From positions 1-63,748 of the forward strand of contig JBAYJI010000001.1 of assembly GCA_041665205.1 (NCBI GenBank): DNA of 63,748 nt, read 5' to 3'. The position numbers were made by a program, and so were the translations under genes. Numbering within the stretch: position 1 is the stretch's first letter; each line of letters starts with the position of its first letter. A model generated the notes under the pieces. It did no database searches. It was not told the origin of the DNA and worked only from the letters and a program-made list of their open reading frames with translations. Origin of the DNA: Minisyncoccota bacterium (GTDB lineage Bacteria > Patescibacteriota > Minisyncoccia > Phycocordibacterales > Phycocordibacteraceae). Positions 9,040 to 17,589 of the stretch are shown one piece after another.

Positions 9040-9647
9040 CGCAGGTCACAAAAGACGCGTACCGATTCGAGCGCTATGTCGGGATTGACCGATGGTCGAG
9101 CTACTACTACCAGCTGCGCGAGATCGTAGCGCTCGAGCCGAAGTCGGTGCTTGAAATAGGAGTCGGCGATCGCGTCGTCGGGAACTATCTCAAAGGTCGT
9201 GGCATCGAATACACGTCAGCGGACGTTGCCGAAGATCTCTCACCCGACGTGGTTGCCGACGTGACCGCGCTCCCGTTTGGAGATGGGTCGTTCGATGTCG
9301 TATGCGCCTTTGAGATTCTCGAACACCTGCCGTTCGAGCGGTTTAAACATGCGCTTCAAGAATTGACTCGTGTATCGAAGCGCGCCGTTCTCCTGAGTCT
9401 GCCGCACTTCGGCCCTTCGGTGCGTCTTGAGCTTAAGATACCGCTCCTGCCGTGCATGCGGCTTGCGTGGAAACTCCCATATCCTAAAAAGCATGTCTTT
9501 AACGGTCAACATTATTGGGAGATAGGGAAGCGTGGGTACTCGCTGAACCGAATACGCGCAGCCATCGCCCTTTTCGGCGGTATCCAGAAAGAGTTTGTGC
9601 CGTTCGAAAACCAGTATCACCATTTCTTTCTTATAGAAAAATTATGA
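9036..9647 (+). CDS. Class I SAM-dependent methyltransferase
   Basis: ATGA overlap at 9036-9039. SAM motif I VLEIGVGDRVVG, post-I acidic residue, FDVVCAFEILEHL motif. ORF-track start 8982 rejected. Confidence 0.8.
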   Translation: MTQVTKDAYRFERYVGIDRWSSYYYQLREIVALEPKSVLEIGVGDRVVGNYLKGRGIEYTSADVAEDLSPDVVADVTALPFGDGSFDVVCAFEILEHLPFERFKHALQELTRVSKRAVLLSLPHFGPSVRLELKIPLLPCMRLAWKLPYPKKHVFNGQHYWEIGKRGYSLNRIRAAIALFGGIQKEFVPFENQYHHFFLIEKL

Positions 9648-10714
9648 AGTTACGTTTGTATGTTCATCCTGCATGGCGCCGCCAAGGGATCCATACCCCG
9701 CTTCTCAATCCATGGTGGGGCAACCCAATCATCGAAACATCAATCTTAACGAAACAAATGTTCGACACTTATTCTTTCGATGTTGGACAGTACGCCGTAA
9801 CTGACGATCTGCAGGCGGCGGATATGGTTCTTGCACCCTATCGGCACAGCTGGCTCCTCCAATTCGATCCAAATCTGTTTGCGGAATGTATCTGCACCGC
9901 CCGCGAGGCAGGATTGTCGCTACTTGTAGACGGTTTGGGGGACGTCGAGCGTCCGTTCACTATAGAGAATGCGTACATCTTGCGGTATGGAGGGTATCGT
10001 TTCATGAGCGAGCGCGGGAGGATACAGATACCGCCGCTCGCCGATGATCTCTTGGAGCGATGCAGGGAGGGACGACTCTCTATCCGTAACAAGCGAAATG
10101 AGAAGCCGATTGTCGGCTTTGCCGGCTGGGCGAAAATTTCTCCCGTCCAGCTTCTCCGCACTGTGATAAAAGAATTGCCGATACGCCTGCTCAGTATCAG
10201 TGACGACCGCTATCGCGCGTGTATCAAGGGCGTGTTGTGGCGGCAGAAAGCGATGAGTGTGCTACAGCGATCTCCGCGTGTGGTGAGCAATTTTCATACG
10301 CGCCGCTCTTTTACCAGCAACCCGAGGACTGTGGAAGGTGACATGCATGAATTGCAAGAGGAAATGGTGCGCACTATCTTAGAGAGCGACTATGCGCTTG
10401 ATGTACGCGGCGACGCAAATGATTCGACGCGACTCTTCGAGATTCTCTCTCTGGGCCGCATCCCCGTCATCGTCGACACTGAGCGTAACCTCCCCTTCAG
10501 CGATAAGGTCGACTACTCCTCGTTTGCACTTATCGTCGACTTTCGCGATATCGAGAATCTGCCGGAGCGGATAGCCGGATTTCACGCGAACATCTCGCCG
10601 GAACGTTTTATAGAGATGCAGAAGAACGCCCGTGATGCCTATGTCAATTATTTCCGCATTGATGCGCTTACGCGGCTCATTGTCGAGAGATTGCGAGCAG
10701 AATTGACTTCGTGA
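9644..10714 (+). CDS. Exostosin-like (GT47-like) glycosyltransferase
   Basis: ATGA overlap at 9644-9647. C-terminal block ALDVRGDANDSTRLFEILSLGRIPVIVDTERNLPFSDKVDYSSFALIV resembles the exostosin/GT47 signature (S-x-R-L-x-E-x-L-x-x-G-x-IPV). Confidence 0.5.
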   Translation: MKLRLYVHPAWRRQGIHTPLLNPWWGNPIIETSILTKQMFDTYSFDVGQYAVTDDLQAADMVLAPYRHSWLLQFDPNLFAECICTAREAGLSLLVDGLGDVERPFTIENAYILRYGGYRFMSERGRIQIPPLADDLLERCREGRLSIRNKRNEKPIVGFAGWAKISPVQLLRTVIKELPIRLLSISDDRYRACIKGVLWRQKAMSVLQRSPRVVSNFHTRRSFTSNPRTVEGDMHELQEEMVRTILESDYALDVRGDANDSTRLFEILSLGRIPVIVDTERNLPFSDKVDYSSFALIVDFRDIENLPERIAGFHANISPERFIEMQKNARDAYVNYFRIDALTRLIVERLRAELTS

Positions 10715-10797
10715 AAATAAGTATTGTAAAATGAGAAGAGAAGTGGTACACTTCTTTGCGGAGCTCATTCCATTAACCCATACGAAAGGATATCGAG

Positions 10798-12294
10798 ATG
10801 GCACAGCCTATCTGCTTGATTATTCCGCCCTCTCCATTCCTTATGGACGAGCGGGTGTTCCCATTCCTCGGACCGCTGAAAATAGCGGCAATGTTAGAGG
10901 AAGCCGGTGTGTCCGTTGAGGTGCTTGATCTCGCGGGCATAAAGAACTTCACTGATGCAGTCGAAGACCATGCGCGCAATTCTGCGGCGCGGCACTTCGG
11001 TATCACCGCGACGACGCCGCAGTTCCCTGCGGCCGTGCAGATCGCAAAAACGATTCGTTCAGTGAGAAAAGACGCGCGAATCATCATTGGCGGCACGCAC
11101 GCGACGCTTGTCGTCGCGGCGTGCAAGTACGAAGTCGAGCACGAGCGAATCGGCCGGGCACACAAGGCCTACCGCCAGCTTGAAGCGAACTTCGACGTTA
11201 TCGTATCCGGTGACGGGGAGGAAACCATCTTCCTCGCTATTGAAGACAACGCACCGAAGCTGATTGATGCGGACGACCGCAAGTCACCGCACTTTCTCAC
11301 GAGCGCCCGACTTGATGCGACGCCGTTCCCCGCAAGGCACCTCATTGACCTCAAGAGTTACCACTACACCATTGACGGTGTAGAGGCGAGCGATCTCATT
11401 GCCCAACTTGGCTGTCCGTACAAGTGCGGGTTCTGTGCAGGACGGGCTTCGCCCATGCTGCGCAATATCCGCACGAGGAGTGATGAGAGCATTGTCGAAG
11501 AGATGATATCTCTGTACCAGACGTACGGGTATCGGGGCTTCATGTTCTACGACGACGAGCTCAATGTCAATCCGAAGATGGTCGCGCTGATGCAGAAGAT
11601 CACCATGACTCAGATGAAGCTTGGAGTCGAGTGGAAACTGCGCGGGTTTGTGAAGTCGGAACGTTTTACCGACGAACAGGCGCAAGCGATGTTTGAGGCA
11701 GGCTTCAGGCAGGTGCTCATCGGCTTTGAGTCGGGTTCGTCGCGCATCCTGGAGAACATCCAGAAGATTGCGACGCGCGACGACAATACCCGTTGTGTAG
11801 AGATTGCACATCGGCACGGACTCAAGGTGAAGGCCTTGATGTCGCTCGGTCACCCGGGCGAGTCAGAGGAGACGATCCGTGCAACGCGCGATTGGCTCCT
11901 TGAGGTCCGGCCTTCGGACTTCGATGCATCAGTCATCACGCCGTACCCGGGCTCGCCCTATTATGACCACGCGCTCCCCACAGGAGAGCTGCATAACAGT
12001 AAGCCGGTGTGGGTTTATACCTGCAAGAGTGGTGATCGCCTCTACCAAGAGGAGGTGCACTACGAACTGGAGGCCGACTACTACAAAGGCGATCCGAACG
12101 ACGGGTACACTTCCCATGTGTGGACCGATCACCTAAGCCCAAAAGCTCTGGTGGAGCGGCGGAACGAGCTGGAATCCGAAGTCCGCAAGGAACTCGGCAT
12201 CCCGTTCTACCAAAGCAGCCCCGCGACGCTCTACGAGCACTCGATGGGGCAGTCGCCGCCCTCGCACATCCTTCGTACTTCACCCCTCGCTTGA
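10798..12294 (+). CDS. B12-binding-domain radical SAM enzyme (class B, methyltransferase-like)
   Basis: N-terminal cobalamin-binding-type domain (RIIIGGTHATLV). Radical SAM cluster motif GCPYKCGFCAG (C-x3-C-x2-C). Own intrinsic terminator at the 3' end. Confidence 0.8.
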   Translation: MAQPICLIIPPSPFLMDERVFPFLGPLKIAAMLEEAGVSVEVLDLAGIKNFTDAVEDHARNSAARHFGITATTPQFPAAVQIAKTIRSVRKDARIIIGGTHATLVVAACKYEVEHERIGRAHKAYRQLEANFDVIVSGDGEETIFLAIEDNAPKLIDADDRKSPHFLTSARLDATPFPARHLIDLKSYHYTIDGVEASDLIAQLGCPYKCGFCAGRASPMLRNIRTRSDESIVEEMISLYQTYGYRGFMFYDDELNVNPKMVALMQKITMTQMKLGVEWKLRGFVKSERFTDEQAQAMFEAGFRQVLIGFESGSSRILENIQKIATRDDNTRCVEIAHRHGLKVKALMSLGHPGESEETIRATRDWLLEVRPSDFDASVITPYPGSPYYDHALPTGELHNSKPVWVYTCKSGDRLYQEEVHYELEADYYKGDPNDGYTSHVWTDHLSPKALVERRNELESEVRKELGIPFYQSSPATLYEHSMGQSPPSHILRTSPLA

Positions 12295-12308
12295 GGGGTG
12301 TTTCTTTT
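12281..12308 (+). terminator. Intrinsic terminator overlapping the stop codon of the radical SAM gene
   Basis: Stem CACCCCTC (12281-12288) / GAGGGGTG (12293-12300), loop GCTT, then TTTCTTTT. The TGA stop (12292-12294) lies inside the hairpin. Convergent minus-strand gene ends at 12310. Confidence 0.65.
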
Positions 12309-12309
12309 C

Positions 12310-12879
12310 CTAAGGAGCAGTCACTCTCATGGTGGACTGGCTATTCGGTTTTATTGTCACGTTCGGCGGGATGCCGTACATCATACTGTCTGACGGGATA
12401 TCTTTGTTGCAGAGCGATAGAGCACCGATAACGACATTGTCGCCGATCCGCACCGGCTTGATCACCTTTGCTCCCGTGTAGACGACGACGTTATTGCCGA
12501 GTCGCGGCAGGAGCACGTCTTCAGTGCCGGCTATCGTGACACCGTTGTAGAGAGTCGCGTTCTCGCCTATCGAGGCGCTGCTCCCTATTGTCACGTCGGC
12601 AGGGTGCGGCAAGAACAATCCCGGACCGATATCCGCGTAGGGCGAGATGTCGTTCGCGAACCGATATTGACGCCATATCCGGATGCGGAAGTGTCCGCGC
12701 CAGCCCTTGCGGATAAACAACTGGTTCACACGCAGCCAGAACACGCAGGCGAAACCAGGCCGCATCCGGATGAGGCTCCGAGTCTGTAGCAGGCGGGAGA
12801 GAGACGGCCCCTTCGGGTCGATCGTGCCGCCTGCAACAGCGGCGTCTTGGCACACAGTGTCCCAGAAACTCTTGGTCAT
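12310..12879 (-). CDS. Hexapeptide-repeat (left-handed beta-helix) O-acetyltransferase, serine-acetyltransferase-like
   Basis: ISPYADIGPGLFLPHPADVTIGSSASIGENATLYNGVTIAG...VVVYTGAKVIKPVRIGDNVVIGA hexapeptide repeats. Confidence 0.75.
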   Translation of the reverse strand: MTKSFWDTVCQDAAVAGGTIDPKGPSLSRLLQTRSLIRMRPGFACVFWLRVNQLFIRKGWRGHFRIRIWRQYRFANDISPYADIGPGLFLPHPADVTIGSSASIGENATLYNGVTIAGTEDVLLPRLGNNVVVYTGAKVIKPVRIGDNVVIGALSLCNKDIPSDSMMYGIPPNVTIKPNSQSTMRVTAP

Positions 12880-12892
12880 GAAAGGGAATATA

Positions 12893-14980
12893 TCACACGC
12901 TGCGGTTTAGGAATGAGGCGAGCCCTCCGGGGCGCGAGACGGCATACACCTCCGCTTCGACGTCGAGAGCCAGAATGCGTACTGCTTGTATAAGCTGGTT
13001 CGAGACCGGTCCGCTAAGCTCGGCCCCTTGAAGGGGAGGGTAGCGGAGTAGCATCGTGTAGCCGAGCGCGCTCTTGTCGTCTGGGCGGCCACCCGGGGTC
13101 ACCTCGACAAGCTCGGCACCGAGCTTGTGATGGAAGTTCATCACCGGGTCGCTCCCGGCGAGCAGATAGTCGCGTACGAATTCTGCATCCGGCGTGTCTG
13201 TCATCTCGGGTACTGACTTCGGCTTGAAGGTCGCGCTGCAGATAGAAACGCAGGATATCTTCTTGTCGGCATAAGAGAAAGATATTTGCCCCGCAAGCGT
13301 GTTGCTCGTATCGATTGCACCCAGGGTCGTATAGTTTCCGAGGTACTTCCTGTATTCGCGTTCATCCTTAGTAAGCGGCTGCCAGCAGTGGTTGTAGAGC
13401 ATGCGTGAGGCCTCAGCAAGAGGTGACTGAGACGTGAGTACGACAAATCTGAAATCATGACTCTCAATGAGGTCGTAGATTGATTCGAACGTCCCCTCAA
13501 GCTGCTTCCGGAGGGTCATGCGCTGCACCTTGCCGGTCGAGGTCATGGGCAGTTCTTCAGCACGGACGCTCTTGAGATATTTCGGCGTCTCGTATGCGCT
13601 CAGTACCGCGGATCCGGCAAGAAGAGAGAGCTTCAATCTCCGTGTCGCGCTTGCCGCATCGACATCCGCTTTCCACACCACGACCGCGCCTATCTCCTCG
13701 CCGTAGCGTTCATCGGGGACACCGACGATATAGGCTTGGTCGATGGCGGAGTCCGTTTTCTTGAGTGCGTTCTCGACAGCGACCGGCGAGATATTCACGC
13801 CGCCCTTGATGATGATCTCTTTGGCACGACCTTTGAGGTAGAAGAAGCGCCTCCCCTCAATCTCTTTCCAGTAACCGATATCTCCGGTCAGGAAATATCC
13901 GTCGCGAAAGGCATCCTCGCCGCCGATATACCCCTGCATGACCGCCGGACCTTTGACTATAAGTTCGCCCTCCTCCCCTTCACCAAGAATCTTTCCCCCA
14001 GCACTTGCTGCCTCGACGGTGGCCCATTTCATTGCTACGCCGATTGAGTTCTCCGCGACTGCTTTTGCGTACTGCTCTTCGCTCAGATCCATCGGTACGC
14101 CGGTGACGCGGAGTGCAGTCTCGGTCTGTCCGTAGCCCTGGTAGAGAGGGATGGAGAACTTCTGCATGAACTCGAGCGCATCTCCCGCGATGACGGGCGC
14201 AGAACCGAGCTGGATGCGAGTGAGTTTCAAACGGCTCTTCGTCAACTCAAATTCTTTTTCGCGACTGAGCTGGTCGAAGACGATGGAGGGTACGATTGAG
14301 GTAAACGTCGCGCCGCTCTCTGCTGCTTGCGCAAAGAAATGCGAGTTAGAGTAGCGGGGCGGCAGCGCGATCGAGGCGCCCGCGAGAAGCGACGCAAGGC
14401 AGAAGACGGTCGAGTTGATATGGTGGAGCGGGAGCTCGACCAAGAAGCGATCATCTTCGACGATACGTAGCCACTCGACTATCCCCTCCGCGTTGGCGAC
14501 GAGATTCTCTAATGTCATCCGGGCACCCTTCGGATACGCCGTCGTGCCGGACGTGAAGAGTATGAGCGCTTCGTGAGAGAGGTCAGGCATCCACGAGATT
14601 TCCTCCGAACCTGAAGCGCTGTGTATCTCAGAGAGATTCTCTTGCGTTATCAGCAGCTTTGCATCGCTTGCTGACGTCTTGTACGCACGCAATTCGTCAG
14701 TGTCTCGTTTCGTGTCGAGCGGCATGGTCGCGATACCCATACTCCATGCCGCCCAGCTTATCGAGAGCAGGTCGGCGCAATTGCCGAGCGCAAGCGCGAC
14801 CCGGTCGCCCCTCGAAAGCCGTTTTCTCTGAAGGTATGCGGCGGCGGCCTCGACTCGCGCGAGCAGCGCTGCCCGCGAGATCTCTTCTATGATCGTGCCG
14901 GAAGTGTCGCACACAAGCAACGCTGCCCGCGCGGGATCGGCGTGCGCAAGACCGGAGAGATGTTCGTGCAGGTTTTTCAT
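12893..14980 (-). CDS. Acyl/aryl-AMP ligase (ANL superfamily) fused to a ~200-aa C-terminal domain with GNAT-like features
   Basis: AMP-binding motif LFTSGTTAYPKG, YGQTE, GDIGYW, terminal TGKVQR. The extra C-terminal domain ends with a GNAT-like HHKLGAELVEV block. Start set to ATG 14980 (MKNLHEHL), which forms an ATGA overlap with the gtrA-like stop. Confidence 0.75.
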   Translation of the reverse strand: MKNLHEHLSGLAHADPARAALLVCDTSGTIIEEISRAALLARVEAAAAYLQRKRLSRGDRVALALGNCADLLSISWAAWSMGIATMPLDTKRDTDELRAYKTSASDAKLLITQENLSEIHSASGSEEISWMPDLSHEALILFTSGTTAYPKGARMTLENLVANAEGIVEWLRIVEDDRFLVELPLHHINSTVFCLASLLAGASIALPPRYSNSHFFAQAAESGATFTSIVPSIVFDQLSREKEFELTKSRLKLTRIQLGSAPVIAGDALEFMQKFSIPLYQGYGQTETALRVTGVPMDLSEEQYAKAVAENSIGVAMKWATVEAASAGGKILGEGEEGELIVKGPAVMQGYIGGEDAFRDGYFLTGDIGYWKEIEGRRFFYLKGRAKEIIIKGGVNISPVAVENALKKTDSAIDQAYIVGVPDERYGEEIGAVVVWKADVDAASATRRLKLSLLAGSAVLSAYETPKYLKSVRAEELPMTSTGKVQRMTLRKQLEGTFESIYDLIESHDFRFVVLTSQSPLAEASRMLYNHCWQPLTKDEREYRKYLGNYTTLGAIDTSNTLAGQISFSYADKKISCVSICSATFKPKSVPEMTDTPDAEFVRDYLLAGSDPVMNFHHKLGAELVEVTPGGRPDDKSALGYTMLLRYPPLQGAELSGPVSNQLIQAVRILALDVEAEVYAVSRPGGLASFLNRSV

Positions 14981-15438
14981 AATTCTGACGAATCGGGTCT
15001 GCGCCAGACGAACAGGAGATAGAGCGTATAGTTCCACGCGAATCCGAGAATGATGCCGGCGGCATAGGCTCCGTGGATGAGAAGGAGATTGTTCGTTTGC
15101 CGTTCAGCCAGAAATACGAACAGCCACTGTAGGAAGACGGAACCGCTCACGACCAAGTGGAAGCGCAGGAGGCGCGAAGGGAGCGATATCTCGTGTTGCC
15201 GGTCACTGAAGGAGAAGCGGTTGTTGAGATAGAAATTCGTCAGGATACCGGTTTCTGCGCTGATCAGAACCGCGATACTAAGAGGGAACAGCCGTAGATA
15301 TACGCCGAGCATCTCGAATACCGCGGTCTGTACGACGAGTGCGGCGACGCCCACAAAGAGCGCACGCACAAGGCGCGAATCGGCCAACTTCGTATACATC
15401 TGCAGTACGGTGTGCATCAGAAATGAATGATTGTGCAT
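14977..15438 (-). CDS. GtrA-family small membrane protein (polyprenyl-phosphate-sugar flippase-like)
   Basis: ~150 aa, four hydrophobic helices, RFxxVG-type N-terminus (LVRALFVGVAALVVQTAVFE) and YLNNRFSF motif typical of the GtrA family. Start could be a downstream Met. Confidence 0.7.
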   Translation of the reverse strand: MHNHSFLMHTVLQMYTKLADSRLVRALFVGVAALVVQTAVFEMLGVYLRLFPLSIAVLISAETGILTNFYLNNRFSFSDRQHEISLPSRLLRFHLVVSGSVFLQWLFVFLAERQTNNLLLIHGAYAAGIILGFAWNYTLYLLFVWRRPDSSEL

Positions 15439-15463
15439 ATTTTAGCATGAAGTAGAATCTAAC

Positions 15464-16867
15464 TTGATGTCTTTCGTACGGGCGCATAAGATCGAGATAG
15501 GCATTTTTATGCTCGCGCTCGCGGTGCGCCTCCTCTATTTCGGGTTGAGTTACTCGGCCAACGGCGGGATCCTCGGTGCGGCCGCCAATAGCGGCGACGG
15601 CTATTTCGATATCGGTCAGAATATTATCGCGGGGATCGGTTATTCCATCGTGCACGAGCCGCCGTATGCGCCCACGTCCTACCGGACACCCGTGATGCCG
15701 TATTTCATTGCGGGGGTTTATTTCCTCTTCGGGAACTACTTCATGGTCATCTTGGTGCACCTGCTTATCGGGAGCATCGTGCCCTTGCTTGGCATGCGCA
15801 TCGCGCGGTATATAACTGCAATACGGGTAATACCTATCGCGGTGGGTGTATTTCTCGCTCTTGAGCCGACGAGCATACTGCTCTCCGCTGTATTCTTGAG
15901 CGAGACAGTGTTCACCTTCCTGTTCGCACTCTCGATTATCTTCTTGTTCCGCTACTGGGAGGGAAAGGCGCTCGCGCCACTCCTTGTGTCCGCACTCTTG
16001 CTCGGTCTCTCGACGCTTACGAGGCCGCCGGTGGAGTATCTCCCAGCCGTCCTTGTCGCACTCCTCTTCTGGGAGACGCGTAAGCATCTGTCGCAGAGGG
16101 TGTTCGTGCATATCGGGCTCTATGTACTCGTCTTCGTCCTTACTCTTTCTCCATGGATCTATAGGAATTACCAGGTATTCGGCGTGTTGGGTCTCAGTTC
16201 TCAACAGGGAGCCGCCCTCTACACCATTACCGTGCCGTCGGTGCTCGCGATTGAACGCAAGACGAACTTTTCGCAGGAGTACAACAAGGCGATAGCGGGC
16301 CCGAATGAGACAGATTTCGTGCAGTCTGCCGCGTATACGAAACTCGCTCTGCCAATATTGGCGAGCCACCCGAGAGAGCTTGTGATTCTTGGTGCGAATA
16401 CCGCGTTCAGTTTCTTCACCAACGACGGCATGTTCGATGTGCTACGCCAAATCAAGCGTGATGGCGGGATGTTTGACGTCTGGAGCCGGATCAAGAGCGA
16501 GAACGGTATACAGCTCGGCGAGTCGTCGATCTCTTTGCTGGTGACTGCACCGCTCACGATGCTGCAGTATCTCGCTGCGCTCGCGACTACGCCGCTCGCT
16601 CTCGTCGTTTTCGGGCGGGCGGTGTGGTTTCTAATCACGCTCGCGTTCTTGATGGGCGCATGGCATGCATTGCGTCAGGAACGGGAGAATATCTATGTGC
16701 TCACTGCCATTAGCATTGTTGCTTACATACTACTGACCACGCTCGTCGTCGGCTTCACGGTGAACTTCCGTTACCGTTTGCCGGTGAATGCAATTATTCT
16801 TACCTTTGCTGCGTATGAAGTCGTCTTGCTCTCGATGTGGTTTCGCAGGAGACTGCATACAACATAA
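15464..16867 (+). CDS. GT-C fold membrane glycosyltransferase (GT39/ArnT/PMT-like), copy 1
   Basis: Polytopic membrane protein. Conserved first loop GIGYSIVHEPPYAPTSYRTPVMPYF. Paralog of 17590..18960. TTG at 15464, ATG at 15467 (more likely start). Confidence 0.7.
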   Translation: MMSFVRAHKIEIGIFMLALAVRLLYFGLSYSANGGILGAAANSGDGYFDIGQNIIAGIGYSIVHEPPYAPTSYRTPVMPYFIAGVYFLFGNYFMVILVHLLIGSIVPLLGMRIARYITAIRVIPIAVGVFLALEPTSILLSAVFLSETVFTFLFALSIIFLFRYWEGKALAPLLVSALLLGLSTLTRPPVEYLPAVLVALLFWETRKHLSQRVFVHIGLYVLVFVLTLSPWIYRNYQVFGVLGLSSQQGAALYTITVPSVLAIERKTNFSQEYNKAIAGPNETDFVQSAAYTKLALPILASHPRELVILGANTAFSFFTNDGMFDVLRQIKRDGGMFDVWSRIKSENGIQLGESSISLLVTAPLTMLQYLAALATTPLALVVFGRAVWFLITLAFLMGAWHALRQERENIYVLTAISIVAYILLTTLVVGFTVNFRYRLPVNAIILTFAAYEVVLLSMWFRRRLHTT

Positions 16868-16872
16868 TTGAT

Positions 16873-17589
16873 ATGTCCCGACCGCTCATACAGTATGCAG
16901 GACGAGATCTCGAAGCGATGTTCTCTGCGCCCAATTACTGCGCATGGATACTCTCACAATTCGAGCCCTATCTAGGGCAGACGGTCGCAGAGGTGGGAGC
17001 AGGGTCGGGGAACTTCTCTTCAGAATTGGTGAAGAAAGTCAGCGGAAGGCTGCTTCTCGTAGAACCTTCCGTACAGATGTTCCCGCTTCTGGAGCAGCGT
17101 TTTGCGGGGAATCCGCGTGTCACGTGCGAGCAACATTATTTTGCAGAGGTAGCGCTGCACTATTGCGGTACACTTGATTCCATCGTCTATGTGAATGTCT
17201 TGGAGCACGTGGAGGATGATCGGCAGGAGCTCGCCGAAGCGTATAACGCCTTGAAACCGGGAGGTCATCTGTGCGTGTTCGTGCCGGCACTTCCACTCCT
17301 CTTCAGTGAGTTCGACGCGAGTGTCGGGCACTACCGACGCTATTCGAGACAGCAACTCGCGGCGCGTATGCGCGAAGCGGGGTTCGAGATAGTGAAGCTG
17401 CGTTTCTTCGACTTCGCCGGCATTCTCCCATGGCTTTTGTTTATGAAGCTCTTACATTGGCGGCTTACGCCTGGGAGCGCGGGACTCTATGACCGCATCG
17501 TCGTGCCGCTCATGCGGAAGGCGGAATCTCTCATCTCCCCGCCCGTGGGGAAGAACCTTATGGTTGTCGGGCGAAAACCTGTAGTATAG
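16873..17589 (+). CDS. Class I SAM-dependent methyltransferase
   Basis: Motif I VAEVGAGSGNFS, LDSIVYVNVLEHV, LKPGGHLCVFVP. Start ATG 16873 chosen just after the upstream stop (16867). Confidence 0.8.
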   Translation: MSRPLIQYAGRDLEAMFSAPNYCAWILSQFEPYLGQTVAEVGAGSGNFSSELVKKVSGRLLLVEPSVQMFPLLEQRFAGNPRVTCEQHYFAEVALHYCGTLDSIVYVNVLEHVEDDRQELAEAYNALKPGGHLCVFVPALPLLFSEFDASVGHYRRYSRQQLAARMREAGFEIVKLRFFDFAGILPWLLFMKLLHWRLTPGSAGLYDRIVVPLMRKAESLISPPVGKNLMVVGRKPVV

